The notes under the pieces were generated by a model. That model was not told the origin of the DNA, did no database searches, and saw only the letters and a program-made list of their open reading frames with translations. The position numbers and the translations under genes were made by a program. Shown piece by piece: positions 62,806 through 64,000 of a stretch of DNA of 64,000 nucleotides. The stretch's first letter is position 1, and the number at the start of each line of letters is the position of its first letter. Source of the stretch: an uncultured Candidatus Saccharibacteria bacterium (GTDB lineage Bacteria > Patescibacteriota > Minisyncoccia > UBA6257 > 1-14-0-10-44-23); assembly GCA_964641225.1 (NCBI GenBank), contig CAZXKC010000001.1, forward strand, positions 131,602-195,601, in the 5' to 3' direction.

Positions 62806-63462
62806 ATGACTCAGTCTGGGACAGTCCGTAAGATGACCGATGGTCAGCGCAGCGATCTGATCGCGACGATCACGGGAGTGATTCCCGCAGATCTCACGTT
62901 CGACGAGGCGCAGGCAATCATCGGCAGCAAGGGTCCGTTCGTGGCCGACATCCGTCAGGCGTTCGCCAAGCGGCGGATTCGGGCGCCGGGACACTTTCCG
63001 GTCTGGCGTACGATCCAGGTCGGTACCCATGGGAACTCGAAGGGTCTGCAGGAGGCCGTCGAACAGGGTGGCTGCCAGATCAGCAGCTGGGCGGCCGACA
63101 TGATGAAGCGACCCACCTTCACGCTCGCCAAGGAGCCCGGCACCGTCAATCTCGTCCGGGTCAAGGTTAGCGAGTTGGGGTTCATGAAGAACACGCCCCT
63201 TTCGCAGATTCGTGATCGGGGTGTGGAACTCGGTCTTGCACTCTGTGAACCTGAGGACGGGCCGCAGCTTCGTCTGCAGTATCCGGAGCAGCCGATGGGC
63301 GAGGCGGTCTGGATGGCCATGAACGCCATCGTGTGCTCGAACGGCAACCCGCACATCTTCTGCGTCTTTCACGGCGAGGACGGTCGGTACCTCCGCGTCT
63401 ACGTCGGCTATCCGGGCCGCCTCTGGGGTCCCGACGACGGGTTCGTCTTCCGCAAGAAGTAG
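62806..63462 (+). CDS. DGR target protein (218 aa) with C-terminal variable region
   Basis: GGAGG 8 nt before ATG; last ~40 codons align to TR with adenine-only differences; ends FVFRKK. Confidence 0.9.
   Translation: MTQSGTVRKMTDGQRSDLIATITGVIPADLTFDEAQAIIGSKGPFVADIRQAFAKRRIRAPGHFPVWRTIQVGTHGNSKGLQEAVEQGGCQISSWAADMMKRPTFTLAKEPGTVNLVRVKVSELGFMKNTPLSQIRDRGVELGLALCEPEDGPQLRLQYPEQPMGEAVWMAMNAIVCSNGNPHIFCVFHGEDGRYLRVYVGYPGRLWGPDDGFVFRKK
63335..63455 (+). repeat. DGR variable region (VR)
   Basis: 121-nt ungapped match to 63807-63927. Confidence 0.93.
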
Positions 63463-63531
63463 TCTCTCGGTTCCTCGTGCACCTGGTTGTCCGGAAGTCT
63501 GGATATCCGGACACTTGGTTCCTCGTTTTTC

Positions 63532-63572
63532 CCGCCCCCACAGTTTCGACTGTGCGGGGCGGTTCGTTTTTT
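63532..63572 (+). terminator. Terminator or DGR cis-hairpin after target gene
   Basis: ccgcccc-cacagt-ttcg-actgtg-c-ggggcgg then T-run. Confidence 0.75.
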
Positions 63573-63806
63573 GTATACTTACAATGGCAGTAGGCGGGCG
63601 CAGATGGTTACGGCTTTCTGCGGCTGAACCCAGGTTTCATCTGACCCAGAACGTTTCCGGCTACGGCTCTAAACGGAGCGGCGCATGAGCTTTAAAAAAT
63701 AATACTACTTGGTATGAGGAGTTAAGCGAGTGTGGCTCGCAGATACGATACAGCTCGAAGAATATTCAACGGGCAGTGGCATTGATGGCTCTTCATACAT
63801 TCGTGG

Positions 63807-63927
63807 ACTCGAACGGCAACCCGAACATCTTCTACGTCAATCACGACGAGAACGGTCGGTACCTCAACGACAACATCGACAATCCGGACAACCTCTGGAA
63901 TCCCGACAACGAGTTCGTCTTCCGCAA
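63807..63927 (+). mobile_element. DGR template repeat (TR)
   Basis: AAC/AAT-rich; all 21 mismatches to VR fall on TR adenines; 3' hairpin 63940-63965. Confidence 0.93.
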
Positions 63928-64000
63928 CTGGTTCTATTTCTCTCCTGTCGTCTTAGGCAGGAGAGTTTTGTTCCATGCTTTTACGTAGCCACCCGCCGAG

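Noticed and set aside
63776-63988. 70-aa Asn-rich ORF
   Set aside because: It is the translated DGR template repeat (AAC codons), expected to act as RNA.

Overview
Chromosomal segment of a Candidate Phyla Radiation (Patescibacteria, probably Parcubacteria) bacterium. The assignment is inferred from the str/S10/spc ribosomal cluster lacking rpmD (uL30), shortened uL3/uL24/uL5, and TGA used as stop (code 11). The window holds housekeeping genes (typA, tsaC, pgk, rnhA, dnaX, rnpB, tRNA-Gln), ABC/MacAB-type transporters with an ECF sigma factor, three paralogous surface proteins, and a sortase with an LPNTG substrate. Main observations: (1) A diversity-generating retroelement lies at the right edge. 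Its target-gene VR (63335-63455) and TR (63807-63927) differ at 21 of 121 positions, all at TR adenines; RT and Avd are not inside the cassette in this window. (2) About nine GC-rich, Shine-Dalgarno-led orphan single-gene cassettes, including the DGR target, sit between core genes that have no SD. Two of them share an identical 34-bp promoter with a palindromic operator. (3) A four-helix-bundle (Avd/IVP-like) gene is bracketed by inverted 7-bp repeat arrays, and gene-less arrays of the same kind occur in ribosomal-operon spacers and in frame inside genes. (4) Several small palindromic elements are present: a MITE with a TTGA duplication in the tuf -35 box, a two-copy 123-bp element with copy-specific arms, and an in-frame palindrome in a pseudouridine synthase. 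All alignments and counts were done by eye and no database searches were run.
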